A stretch of 64,000 nt of DNA from Octopus vulgaris (lineage: Eukaryota): positions 40,982,001 to 41,046,000 of the forward strand of contig OX597823.1 of NCBI GenBank assembly GCA_951406725.2, given 5' to 3'. The translations under genes and the position numbers were made by a program. Under the pieces are notes generated by a model. The model saw only the letters and a program-made list of their open reading frames with translations. It had not been told where the DNA came from and did no database searches. Within the stretch, counting starts at the first letter, position 1; every line of letters starts with the position of its first letter. Positions 40,338 through 52,603 of the stretch are shown here, in pieces.

Positions 40338-40946
40338 TTACTCCCCATAGATGTTCGCTTCATTGTCTTTATTGAACTCTTCTGGTAGTAGCACATCTTC
40401 CATAATAATTCCATTTATTGTATCTGGATACTTCTGCTTTTCTTCCTTTGCGAGCTCATATTGACGTTTCTGTTTCAACCACGATAACTTCCTCTTAAAA
40501 TGGATATTGCATTGGTGTATTACATGTCTGTTTTCTTCATATATTATATCTATTATTAAGGTTTTCTCCTTTCGTGTGGTGATACTTTTAATTTCTTTTA
40601 AAAATATACGTTTACGCTTCTCTTGTTCGCTCAGCTCTCTGTATATTCTATTTCTAATATTTACCATTAGCGTCCTTTTTAGTCTTTCCGCTTGTCCGTT
40701 AGTGAGGTCAAGCCGTTTAACGTTGGCTGTGACCTTGTTGATACATATCCTGGACGAGACACATTGTTTTATAAAACGAAGCTGTTGCGTTGTCACAGTT
40801 TTCTTTAGGCAACAAAATATAGTGTTCTTCAGCATCTTGCAAGCCTGGCTGTGGCTCACGTTAGTACGTTTAAATATTTGTTGTGCAAGATTTTTTATGT
40901 GAAGTCGTGTGTTGAAACAGATATTGTTATATTTCGGAATGGTCAT
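40338..40946 (-). CDS. N-terminal part of the same PLE ORF, separated by a 1-nt frameshift
   Basis: Starts inside the pLTR (MTIPKYNN) and is basic. Adding one G to the G4 run at 40343-40346 joins IYG to GVTTDPDETSILQLPPKYAVYSKV, in frame with the RT ORF. Confidence 0.85.
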   Translation of the reverse strand: MTIPKYNNICFNTRLHIKNLAQQIFKRTNVSHSQACKMLKNTIFCCLKKTVTTQQLRFIKQCVSSRICINKVTANVKRLDLTNGQAERLKRTLMVNIRNRIYRELSEQEKRKRIFLKEIKSITTRKEKTLIIDIIYEENRHVIHQCNIHFKRKLSWLKQKRQYELAKEEKQKYPDTINGIIMEDVLLPEEFNKDNEANIYGE

Positions 40947-41268
40947 ATTGCCAGTTTAGCCAATAAAAACACACGCACTATATATTTGGTGTTATTTTGC
41001 TTCAGTGATATTTATTTTTTTACATTAATCTTAATCTTATTTTGGCCAAAGTTCTTTCGTCACACTCCTGTGACCGCATCAGTGGTCCTTTGTTTTCTTC
41101 TCACTTACTTGTGTCTCTCCTTACTAACCGCCAGCCATTTTGTATTTCTATTGTATGTCTTCAAAAGCGCATGTTTATATCTCTATGTGCGTCTATGTCT
41201 ATTTAGTGTGTGTGTGGGGGGGATGCCTGTAATATTTGTATCTTCTGGTTATATACATTCTTGTAATT
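40923..41268 (-). repeat. 5' pseudo-LTR (5'-truncated) of the full-length copy
   Basis: Direct repeat of 36365-36708 with a few diagnostic differences. Confidence 0.92.
41044..41088 (-). ncRNA. pLTR hammerhead-like motif (A9C variant)
   Basis: Identical to 36486-36530. Confidence 0.6.
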
Positions 41269-42711
41269 ACAATTACTTCTATGGCTAGGAAGACACATAT
41301 AGAAAGATGGTGCGGATGGACCAGAGCCATACGGAGCCCCGCAAATGTCCATCAGGTAAAGAAAATGATCGCACATGCACTAGGAGCTAGTATAAGAGTT
41401 ACCCTAAAAGGCCACACATTTAAATTTAATAATAAAATATATGCCCAGGACGAGGGGGCAGCCATCGGTATTAGTATCGCTGGTGATGTGGCCAACCTCT
41501 TCATGGTATGGTGGGACAGAAGGCTTAAAGAATGCCTACTGCAGAAATCCATACTCGTAAACATGTACTCTCGCTATGTTGATGATATCAATATAGTAGT
41601 AAAGGCACCCCCACAAGAGAGTACTGTTGATATAGTAATAGAAACTAATACTATGGAGAGCATCCAGCAAATAGCTAACTCCATCCACCAGAGTATTAAG
41701 GTCACAATAGACTACCCCACTAAACACCCCAACCATAGACTACCAGTACTAGACACTGAACTCTGGCTAGAAATTGTGAAAAATAAAACCCAAATCCTTC
41801 ATTCATACTATGCAAAACCTATGGCCTCAAAATACCTGATCCACCGGAGCTCAGCCATTGCGGGCAATGCCAAATTCAATATTTTGATGGCAGACCTCAT
41901 CAGAATAATGAGAAATGTGTCACGCATGTGCGAGCCTACAGAATTAAAGAGACACATACAGTATTTCATTCACCGCATGCAGTTCTCAGGTTACAGCCAT
42001 AAAGAAAGGATCAGAGTATACAAAGGAGCCATGAAGAAATTTGATAATATATTATGTAATGATAGGAATGGGATTTGCCCACTCTATAGGAACAAGTCAT
42101 GGAACACTATAGAAAGGACAAAAAAGAAAATAGGGAAGGCCAACTCTTGGTATGATAGCCATAAATACCAGAGTGTCATGTTCGTTGACACCACCCCTGG
42201 AGGTGAACTAGCGTACCGCTTTAGAAGGACCCTAGATAAACTTAAACTAAGAATTAAGGTTGTTGAAAAGCCAGGCAACCCTATCAGATCTATAATTGGT
42301 AGAAGCTATCCTTTTAGTAGAACTCTCTGTACGGATAACTATTGCACTGTATGTAGATTTAGCCCACAAACGAACTGTAAAGCCAGAAATGTGGTCTATA
42401 GTATAAGATGCATAGAGGGACGATGCAGTAACAAGACAGTAACATACGTAGGGGAAACTGCAAGAAGCATTGGTGAGCGGGTGAATGAACATTGGAGACA
42501 ACTCAAGGAAGGTAAAAGCTCATCGATTCTGTACCAACACGCCGAACAAGAACACGGGGGATCAATCAATAACATAGAGATTAAGATATTGTCCACACAT
42601 AGAACAGATGCAACAATTAGACAAATTACAGAAGCTACACATATAATAGAAAATAAACCTAGCCTGAATAGAAAACTAGAATGGAGCAATAGCGCACACC
42701 ACAACATATGA
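41268..42711 (+). pseudogene. 5'-truncated inverted copy of the PLE ORF (RT C-terminal half plus GIY-YIG)
   Basis: The 491-aa track ORF matches the minus ORF from TITSMARKTH onward, except R/C, WN/RS and T/I changes. It lacks RT motif A, and its first 12 or so residues come from antisense pLTR. Confidence 0.92.
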
Positions 42712-43200
42712 CAATAGTGGATCCTGCAAACATAATAAATACACAGGTAATTAAAGAAATAGAAATGAATATCTATATATATGTGTATGTGTATATATAT
42801 GTATATGTATATGTGTATATATGTGTGTATATATGTATGTGTATGTATATATATGTATATGTATATTCTTTTTTTTTATTTTTTTTTTTCGATTAGATTT
42901 ATTATTATTATTACTAATATTGTTGTTATACATACATACAAGCATATGTAATGATAATAATGGGTGGATGTAAACACATGAACAAAATTAGAACAAAAGC
43001 AACAACAACAAAAACAAAATACAAATTACAAGAATGTATATAACCAGAAGATACAAATATTACAGGCATCCCCCCACACACACTAAATAAACATAGACGC
43101 ACATAGAGATATAAGCATGCGCAAATGAAGACATACAATAGAAATACAAAATGGCTGACGGTTAGTAAGGAGAGACACAAGTAAGTGAGAAGAAAACAAA

Positions 43201-43245
43201 GGACCACTGATGCGGTCACAGGAGTGTGACGAAAGAACTTTGGCC
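43201..43245 (+). ncRNA. pLTR hammerhead-like motif (A9C variant)
   Basis: Same motif as 36486-36530, on the plus strand. Confidence 0.6.
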
Positions 43246-43403
43246 GAAATAAGATTAAGATTAATGTAAAAAATAAATATCACTGAAGCAAAATAACACC
43301 AAATATATAGTGCGTGTGTTTTTATTGGCTAAACTGGCAATATGACTATTCCGAAATATAACAATATCTGTTTCAACACACGACTTCACATAAAAAATCT
43401 TGC

Positions 43404-43463
<60 letters not shown>

Positions 43464-43941
43464 ATACATATATATATATATTGTGTGTGTGCGTATAAGT
43501 ACCTGTATATTTGTAAATATATACGTTTTATATAATGTGTAGGCATCTGTATACGTTATATTATATCAGTGTGATGTGCGTGTGTGTGTGTGTGAGTGTG
43601 TGCCTGTCTGTATGTGTGTTTAGGGAATGTGTGTACGTGACACGTGCACTTTAAGCATGAGGTAAGCTCAAAGGAAATTTAATCCATGATTCAATTATGA
43701 TCCACGCTTGTTGCGTATCTCGTCCTGTCGTCTTAGGTTACTAATGCGTTTACGAAATGGATAAACATTTCAACTCATATTCCTTCTCCCATAAAAATCA
43801 ATGAAGTTAAACAATGTTGAGGAAATACCAAACAAGTTACCGTATTTGTCTGTATAAATATTAGTGACTCGAATAATTATCTCGTTCTCCTTATCTCTAC
43901 CTACGTACACGTAACTACCCATATATCTACCTGTTTGTTTG

Positions 43942-44029
<88 letters not shown>

Positions 44030-44051
44030 GCTATCTCTCTATCTCTCTCTC

Positions 44052-44108
<57 letters not shown>

Positions 44109-44334
44109 CTGTCTGTCTATCTGTCTGTCTATCTGTCTATCTGTCTGTCTATCTGTCTGTCTGTCTGTCTATCATACACACGCACACATACATACCTACT
44201 CACATGTATTCACACATAATGAGCAAGATTTGTATGTGGGGTCAAACTTACTCAACTCCTCTCCTATGCGTATGCAAATGTATGCATCTATGCACACACA
44301 CTAGCACACGCACAGACACACACGCACACACATA

Positions 44335-44642
44335 TAGATATATGTGCATATATATATATATATATGTATGTGCACATCACATTCTTGCACATATACTTAC
44401 ACTCACATAGAATATATATACATACGTGTGTATATGCATCTGTGTGCACATCACATCCTTTCTCATATATACTCTCTCTCTCTCTCACACACATACACAC
44501 AGATATATATATAGATAGATATATGTGCATATACATTTGTGTGCACATCACATTCTTGCACATATACTCACACACACATAGAATATATATACATACGTGT
44601 GTATATGCATCTGTGTGCACATCACATCCTTGCTCATATATA

Positions 44643-44673
<31 letters not shown>

Positions 44674-44700
44674 ACATATACACACATACACACACACACT
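44335..44700. repeat. Tandem duplication of about 180 bp with an internal GTGCACATCACAT subrepeat
   Basis: 44335-44515 aligns with 44515-44700, and GTGCACATCACAT occurs four times. Confidence 0.8.
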
Positions 44701-45875
44701 CTCTCTCTCTCTCTCAAACAAATGAAGCATTAAAGTTTTCACCGAGACGAAACTTTTATCAAACTCTTTGGGAAAATGCGATTCGCTCCGAAGCTTAAAA
44801 TTCACAGCAAATTCTTTTACAAGTCCATGACAGTTTTAGTAACTTCTCTTCTTTGTAACAGTTTCATTTGTCTCGTCTCGATTCACATATAACCAACTCA
44901 TGTGAATTACTGGGCCGAATCCCACGCATTTCGTACTTAAAACACTAGACAACACAATTTCCCTCTAATGCACGCACTCACTAACACGTAACAGGCAGGC
45001 AGGCAGGCAGAAATGCAGGCAGGCAGGCATTTAGGCAGGCTGATGTCAATACCTCCTACAAAAGGTTGGTAGTGTGTGGGTTGGCGATAATTGACATAAC
45101 TAACGGTATTGATATTCGATGTACAGAACGGTCTGGTTTCTAAGCTGAGCTGTTTCATATGTACCTTTTACAATTCAATAAATATCAATCAATAAAACAA
45201 GAAATACATTAATAAAACACACACAAAAAAAAGACAAGAAAAGTTTGGGTTATAGCGCTAGGTACAGGCTGACGGCTCTCATCATTTCAAAGACTGTTCC
45301 TCTTTCTCTATGAGTGCTTTGGTTAACTTCAGCGTATTTATGTTTCACATTCAGATATATATATTTATATATATATATATGTATGTATGTACAAGCATTC
45401 AAAGGCACACACACGTATATATATATAGAGAGATTTATATCTGTATACGTTCGCACACAAAAGACAATATAGATATACAAGAGTGGAGGCATAAACGAAA
45501 AACAGATATACATACACGTGTGCTATAATGCACTTAAAAGTTCAGTATAAGCTCGTATATGTACCAAGCACCCACACAAGCACTTACTCAGACAAACGCA
45601 CAAACGCCCTTGCGTGTATGCGCATATATTTGTATACAAGCACATAGGTATGCACTTCTGTATATTTGTGTGTGTGTGTGTGTGTACATATGCATTAATG
45701 TAATTATGTTAATGTTTGTTTCTATGTCAAGTTTTATAAAAAAAAAACGACTTAACATGAAGCTGAAGACTCGCTCAGTATATTTTAGTGCAGTATATGT
45801 TTATTAAACTTTTAGAAGACGGGTTGAGAGAGACTTCGATGGATGTTTCAGCCCGATACCTTTCGTCCTACTTGT

Positions 45876-45928
<53 letters not shown>

Positions 45929-46002
45929 GGGGGTAGATAGGTGCGTGTGTGTATGTGTGCGTGTGATGCACATCCTTCTACCGTTCATCATACTTGTGTG
46001 CG

Positions 46003-46035
<33 letters not shown>

Positions 46036-46084
46036 GTTGCACACCCTGCTACCGTTCGTCATACTTGTTTTTGTGTGTTTGTAT

Positions 46085-46290
46085 TGCACATTAGCTCACT
46101 CCCTTCACCAGATTGACGTTACCTGTACAGGTGCATGACATACTACATGTCGGGTGACGAGATGATCACAGAGCAATGTGAAATAAAGTGTTTTACACAA
46201 CAACGCAATGCAACGCGCCTGGTCTGTGAATCGAAACCACGATCTCGCAATCGTGTGTGGAACACCCTAACCACAAAACCATGCACCTTG
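46085..46290 (-). mobile_element. Degenerate SINE (family A/B-like)
   Basis: GAGCAATGTGAAATAAAGTG...GAATCGAAACCACGATC...CCCTAACCAC. Confidence 0.55.
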
Positions 46291-47113
46291 ACACACACAC
46301 ACACAAAAAAAAAACACACACTAATCTACCTTAATCTTTCAATCATGGTCTCTTCATCTTTTTCTCTCTCCACACTCACAGACACATACATGCGCGCGAG
46401 TGTGTGCAATCAATATTTTGAATGTAAGTTCAGTTATTTTTCTGTCTTCTTGTAATAGTGCCGATTCTCTGACAATATTCTATGACATGGTAACTCCTTT
46501 CTTTACAATTGTTCCTGTTATTCTTCTACACGCTGCTAAATTTCTTTTCCTTATAAACGGAATAGGTCAACTTGAATATATTCACCAACAAAATTTAATG
46601 ACATTTAAGAAATATTTTACTTTGTTCCATTCTCTATCATCTGCCTAAGTAACATTTTCGCTTTCATCGAATCTACTTTGTTCTTCAAACTTTTTTTCTG
46701 ATACAACATAATTGGGGTGGTCTGTGGAGTGAGGAGGTAACTACGTTACTTTACAACATGTTTTACTGTTAAATATAGTCAGCAAACACACAAGTGTATG
46801 ATCGCATGAAACAGATGTTTTCCGTTTCACTTCCTATTATTTTTCTTATAATATGTTTAGCTTTAGTTTCTTTCTCAGCAATATTGACTTCTTTCGTTAC
46901 AGAAACTACGTCGTGTCAAAAACATAGGCAGTAGCAATGTACTCTTGCAAATGCATTTCAGCATTGCTGATCAGAGAAGTTCTGTAGTGCACATCTACAA
47001 TATATATAATGCATTATCAATTTTTAAGGCTATTGCTTATGTTTCATTTATATATTTTATCTATAAGGGTGAAACATTTACGAAAAATCAATGAAGCACA
47101 TAATATTTACCCC

Positions 47114-47149
<36 letters not shown>

Positions 47150-48099
47150 TCACACTAGGTATCAGCCAGATTTTTGTTTTTTATAAATTTATTACATATG
47201 CAGCGCTTGTTTTGCAGTGCGAACTCCTTTCTAGTATTGCAGTCCTCCTTTCGTCTTCCCTTATGCTTAAAAATGTTTGATTTCTAACTGGACTTTATAA
47301 TCTCTACTTTTAATCCAATGCCACATCACAAGTAATTCCTGAGCCAAATTGAACTAATGTTTGTATGGAGATAAGGCGGCCCCCTGGCAGATTCTTTAAG
47401 GTGCCGGACAAAATGCTTAACGGCATTTCGTTCTAAGTTCAAATATTTAAAGCTGCTGTAAATGACTTTATATTTGACAAAAATGATACAAAATCCAGGG
47501 AATTTTTTACTATTTCTACAGGAAATACTTTCTTAAATATAAACATAATTTACGCAGTCCTTCCGAGCTCACTATTCAAGAGACCTTCGCTAATTATAAC
47601 AATATTTATTAGTTCCGTCTGCATTTGAAACCAAAAGCCTTAAACCTGTACCTTGCTTCATTAAAAATGTTTCACCGCTAGACAAATTGAGAAAAAGCCG
47701 TCTCTCTTTTTTCGAAGACTTGTTGTTCCGTTGTGCTGCTAAAATTTATATAATGAGATGCTGCCTGGCAAACAGGGAGCAAACTTGCCTAAAGCTCACA
47801 ATATTATCTTATAGTTCAAACCTAATTAAACAACCTCGAAGAAGAGTTCTTTAAAAGCGTAAATTTGGAATTTACCGCCATCTAAAATTCATTATACAAA
47901 CCGACATACATACAAGCATAGGTTTAACATCGATCCAAAATACATTTGAATGTCATATCATATACCTTCGGTAACATCTTTTAACCATAAAGTGTTGAAG
48001 TGTATCCCGTGACCAACTTTGCATACATGAGGCTGATAACATCAAAGGATTTGAAAGGCAGCTCCTTAAGCAGCATTCCTTGTCTCATAACCTTAAAAA

Positions 48100-49015
48100 C
48101 ATGCTCCAAGAAGTCGCACTACTCTACTGCAATGTATCATCAGAAGAAAGGATGAGAATATATGAACAGAAGGCTATGCATGGATATGTGATATGTTAGT
48201 AGAAAGCTCAGAGATTATAGTAACATTGATCACCAAAGAAGCCTATCGTGGTCCAAGAACTGGATTACAACCTACCACTTTCAATGGTATGCGTTTGCAA
48301 TCCAGAATCAGGAAATATCAACCAAATATCTGATGCACAAAATGGGCAGAGATGTAGGAAAAGTAGTAAAATGTTACGACCGATGCAGACTTTTAGAATT
48401 AACAGCGAAGATATCACCTACACCATAAGCAGTTGTCCGAAAATGTCATCACAGTATTATCTATCGGTGAGGCATGTTGTATTTAAGACACAATATAACG
48501 AGATCCGTCAAGAGGATAACTCCGAGGACGAAGAAATAAGGACCTACAGTATGGTGGAATTCATAACCACTCATTAAAAAAGGAGTACTGGTGGAGTCCC
48601 AGTGAAATTGAGAAATCGGCAGTTATTCTATCCAGATTACAAGTTCAGGTTTATACCTGTAAATATTGGGGTACTGAGATATGTAACAAACTGCTTAAGT
48701 GCCATTCTTGAGAAATTAGGCTTCTCAAAATCAGAAAGGAGAGAGCTAATTTCAAGACTAAAGATCCAGTCAATTACTGAAACTGTAAATCTTTCCAAAA
48801 GTTTATCATAAAGTATATATGAGCATGTCTAGATATGCAAGTATATGCATAAGACGACATACATAAAACAAATCATACAAATATGGACATGTAATAAATA
48901 CATACAAAAATACCCTGATGTTGTTATTGAAATTCCAATGAAGGAACCTTGGGGCTAGGTTAGAAACCGATTCTTTTTCGCTTGGCTAAAAATTTTGAAA
49001 TATAACTGAATAATA
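48100..49015 (+). mobile_element. Decayed RLE-type (R4/Dong-like) non-LTR retrotransposon 3' region
   Basis: EDITYTISSCPKMSSQYYLSVRH (degenerate knuckle plus RH) and YPDYKFRFIPVNIGVL...LEKLGF. Its 3' motif GAAATTCCAATGAAGGA.CCT...GGTTAGAAACCG recurs at 49150-49250 and inverted at 33270-33370. Confidence 0.7.
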
Positions 49016-49017
49016 AT

Positions 49018-49057
<40 letters not shown>

Positions 49058-49262
49058 ACACACACACACACTCACTCACACACATATATACATGCATAGA
49101 TAATATATACATATGTACATATATACCTACATACATACATACAAACAAACTTGATGTTGATGTTGAAATTCCAATGAAGGAACCTTGGATCTTGGTTAGA
49201 AACCGGTTCTTTCTCTATTGGCAAGAAATCTTGAAATAAACTGAATAATGAAATACACATCT

Positions 49263-49316
<54 letters not shown>

Positions 49317-49984
49317 CCACGTACATATTGACGTATGTATGATTTATGTTGAAGAAAGTAGCGTTAATCAATGTAAATTTGTGATTTTTTTTTCATTAAA
49401 CTGCGAATATTTAAACACAAGTACGTATATATATATATATCCAGTTATACACACGCGTATGTATAAAACTGTATATGTGTATGTGTGTATGTTTATTATG
49501 TGCTACTTTACGCAACCAAGTCAATAAACAAATTAGTCGAACCAATAACGCTATATCATTATCCAATAAATTCGTTTCGAACCCCATGAACAAAACTATC
49601 GATAAACTTTCAATTAAAGAAATCAAATTCTACCAAGCTACACCAATAACCAATCAAATTAACCAAGAATGATAAGACACTAGTCCTATTATACAAGTCA
49701 GCTTAGACCTATAAATGATTAATAGAATTAATATATATATATGTGTGTATGCGTATTAATATACATATATGTGTATGCGTATGCGTACATATATATATAT
49801 ATGTATATGTCTATTCATATATGTATATTTATATATTTTGTGGTGTTATTTATATTTATAAGCATATATGTATGCTTATATATGTGTGTATTTATATATG
49901 TATGTATTTGTATATGTTCATTTATAATTTCTATGTTTATGTGTGTTTATATATACATATATACATGTATATGTGTATGTAAGC

Positions 49985-50030
<46 letters not shown>

Positions 50031-50167
50031 GTTTGTATATGTGCATGTGTATATATATATGTATACGTATGCATGTATATATATGTATATGTATATTTAT
50101 ATATTTTATAGTGTTATTTATATTTATAAGTATATATGTATGCTTATATATGTGTGTGTATGTATGC

Positions 50168-50198
<31 letters not shown>

Positions 50199-50481
50199 TA
50201 TGCGTATATATACATATATGTATGTATATATATATATACGTGTGTATATATTTATATATGCATATTTATGTATTTAAGTATATATTAATGAAATTCGGTG
50301 ATATAAACTTTGTTTAATCTTTTCTCGTTAATGTTCTCAAATTATTGTCGCTCTGTTGTTTGAATTGTTGCACAAACCTAAGATAGTGCTAGTTCTTATT
50401 ATTTGTGATTATGAGTTTAAAAGTTAGAAAGTATTCACTCTGGTTGTGCTGTTTTAATCAGTGTGGTAGCATAGTTATACA

Positions 50482-50551
<70 letters not shown>

Positions 50552-50910
50552 CGTATAAATGAGAAACAAAGATGTACAGATGTCAATTCCTGAATTGACA
50601 CCTGTTCATGTTTGTTACTCATATTTTATTCACCTACTCTGGAATCTGAACTTCTGAAATTTTATAGAAAGTACTTTTGTATTTTCATATAATGTACATG
50701 TCTGAACAACCAAGAGCGGATCTCTCCAGTAAGTTGGGTCGTATTATCTGCATACTCTGCAACAATACCAAGCGCAAACACTTCTGCACAGAGTTTGATA
50801 TTCATGTGATATTGCTTGAGTGTGCAAATTAGATCGATCTAATAAGGTGCGTCAATTTAACTACCTAATTCAGCCTAATCTTAATTATATTATTTTATAT
50901 ATGTATATAT

Positions 50911-51140
50911 ATTTCTTTATTGCCTACAAGGGGCTAAACATAGAGGGGACAAACAAGGACAGACAAAGGGATTAAGTCGTTTACATCGACTCCAGTGCGT
51001 AACTGGTACTTAATTTATCGACCCCGTTAGGATGAAAGGCAAAGTCGACCTCGGCGGAATTTGAACTCACAACGTAACGACAGACGAAATACGGCTACGC
51101 ATTTCGCCCGGCGTGCTAACGTTTCTGCCAGCTCGCCGCC
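50911..51140 (-). mobile_element. SINE (family C)
   Basis: Reverse complement of 32871-33100. Confidence 0.85.
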
Positions 51141-51149
51141 ATATCCACG

Positions 51150-51480
51150 AGACTGTCGGTGATTACAATGTGTTTCTATTTTTTCCATTGACAGTGCTGT
51201 TCTCTTCTGTTTCTTGATGGCGTCCTCCCATCGCTTTGGGGATCTTCTGAGTGGCCTCTTGAGCTCTTTTGAATTCCACTCGTCAACCACACATGTTCGC
51301 CTCGTGTCTGTGACCCGTGCAACATATCCAGCTCAGTGGAACTTCAAAATTCTCTATTCTCACGTGTCACTTCATTCTATTCTCGATTTGCTTCGTCTCG
51401 GATATGTTCGCACAATGATATCTCTAAACGTGGATCTTTCCAATTCAGTTCTTTATATTTCGAAGTATACCGTCTTTAAC
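51150..51480 (-). mobile_element. RTE-clade LINE C-terminal remnant
   Basis: Reads (W>*)AGYVARVTDTRRTCVVDEW...KRPLRRSPKRWEDAIKK, resembling the RTE WAGHV.R...R..GRP..RW.D motif. Confidence 0.7.
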
Positions 51481-52065
51481 TTTCGTTTTATTACGCAGGT
51501 CCGATGACGCTATTGAAGAGATTAGCACGTAAAATCTTCTCTGGCTCTGCTTTGACCACATTCTTTTTTACCGAAGTAAACGACTAAAGAATTAACATCA
51601 TACAGTACTATACAATAATATGAAACTGAATTTACCATTTGGATTTCTAAAAAATATAATTTTCCCTTATTAATACCACAGTTCCCACTGCCTAATCAAA
51701 CACACTCTCGATGGGTCGAAAATCACTTCACCTAAGAGGTTCAACCATTGAGTGCATAATCCAAAACTTTGAACGTGCTTGTCTTTATTTATTACGCTCG
51801 TAAATTTCAGAATATTTCACTTAAGTTATAAAACAACATAAGAGCTGAAATGTGGTCAGATATAAAACAACCCTGCTATCATTGTTCTGTGTTAATATCA
51901 TTGTCTCAGTATACCTAAGATATACTGGACAAAGCAATAGTTTTGTCAATGCTTCTATCGCCAGCAATAAAGTTAACTTTAAACATCTAAACTTTAAACA
52001 TCTATATCTATATAGAAATAGGTAGATAGATAGACAGACAGACAAGCAGACTAACGGATAGATAG

Positions 52066-52130
<65 letters not shown>

Positions 52131-52512
52131 CAGACAGACAAACACAGATATTTCCAACGTTCGACAAACGCCCTGGGTGACCTCAACATCAACAATGTTG
52201 ATTGGAAAGCATCGATATTTCAACCACTTCTGACGGTACCACTTCTTTTAGCGGGTCTATAGCAGTATCATATTACCTGAGAGCGTCTGGGGAGTATGAC
52301 TACTTTCAAAAGCGCAGCGTAAAGATCAATATTCATTAAACTCACAAAACCAAATAAAGTATTTAAAAATTTTTAAAGAAAACTTTGAAATACGTAATGC
52401 TTGGTTTCACTTGGCATGGCGACTTTTGCAATAAAATAGCTTCACCTTTCTGTGATGTTTTCATCGTTATTCTCTTGTTACAACTTTATGCTTATATGTA
52501 TATGTATGCATG

Positions 52513-52603
<91 letters not shown>

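Larger units (their letters stand above)
36365..43414. mobile_element. Penelope-like retroelement (probably Naiad-type): full-length minus copy 41268-36365 fused head-to-head with 5'-truncated plus copy 41268-43414
   Basis: RT plus GIY-YIG ORF; direct pLTR repeats at 36365-36708 and 40923-41268; an inverted repeat of about 2.1 kb (36365-38466 versus 41268-43367); HHR motifs in the pLTRs; (TA)n at both ends. Confidence 0.95.

Noticed and set aside
36365-43414. Interpretation as a DNA transposon with 2-kb TIRs, an LTR element or a telomerase gene
   Set aside because: The inverted arm is a truncated ORF copy. There is no transposase, integrase, RNase H or TERT-specific domain, and GIY-YIG plus pLTR plus HHR indicate a PLE.
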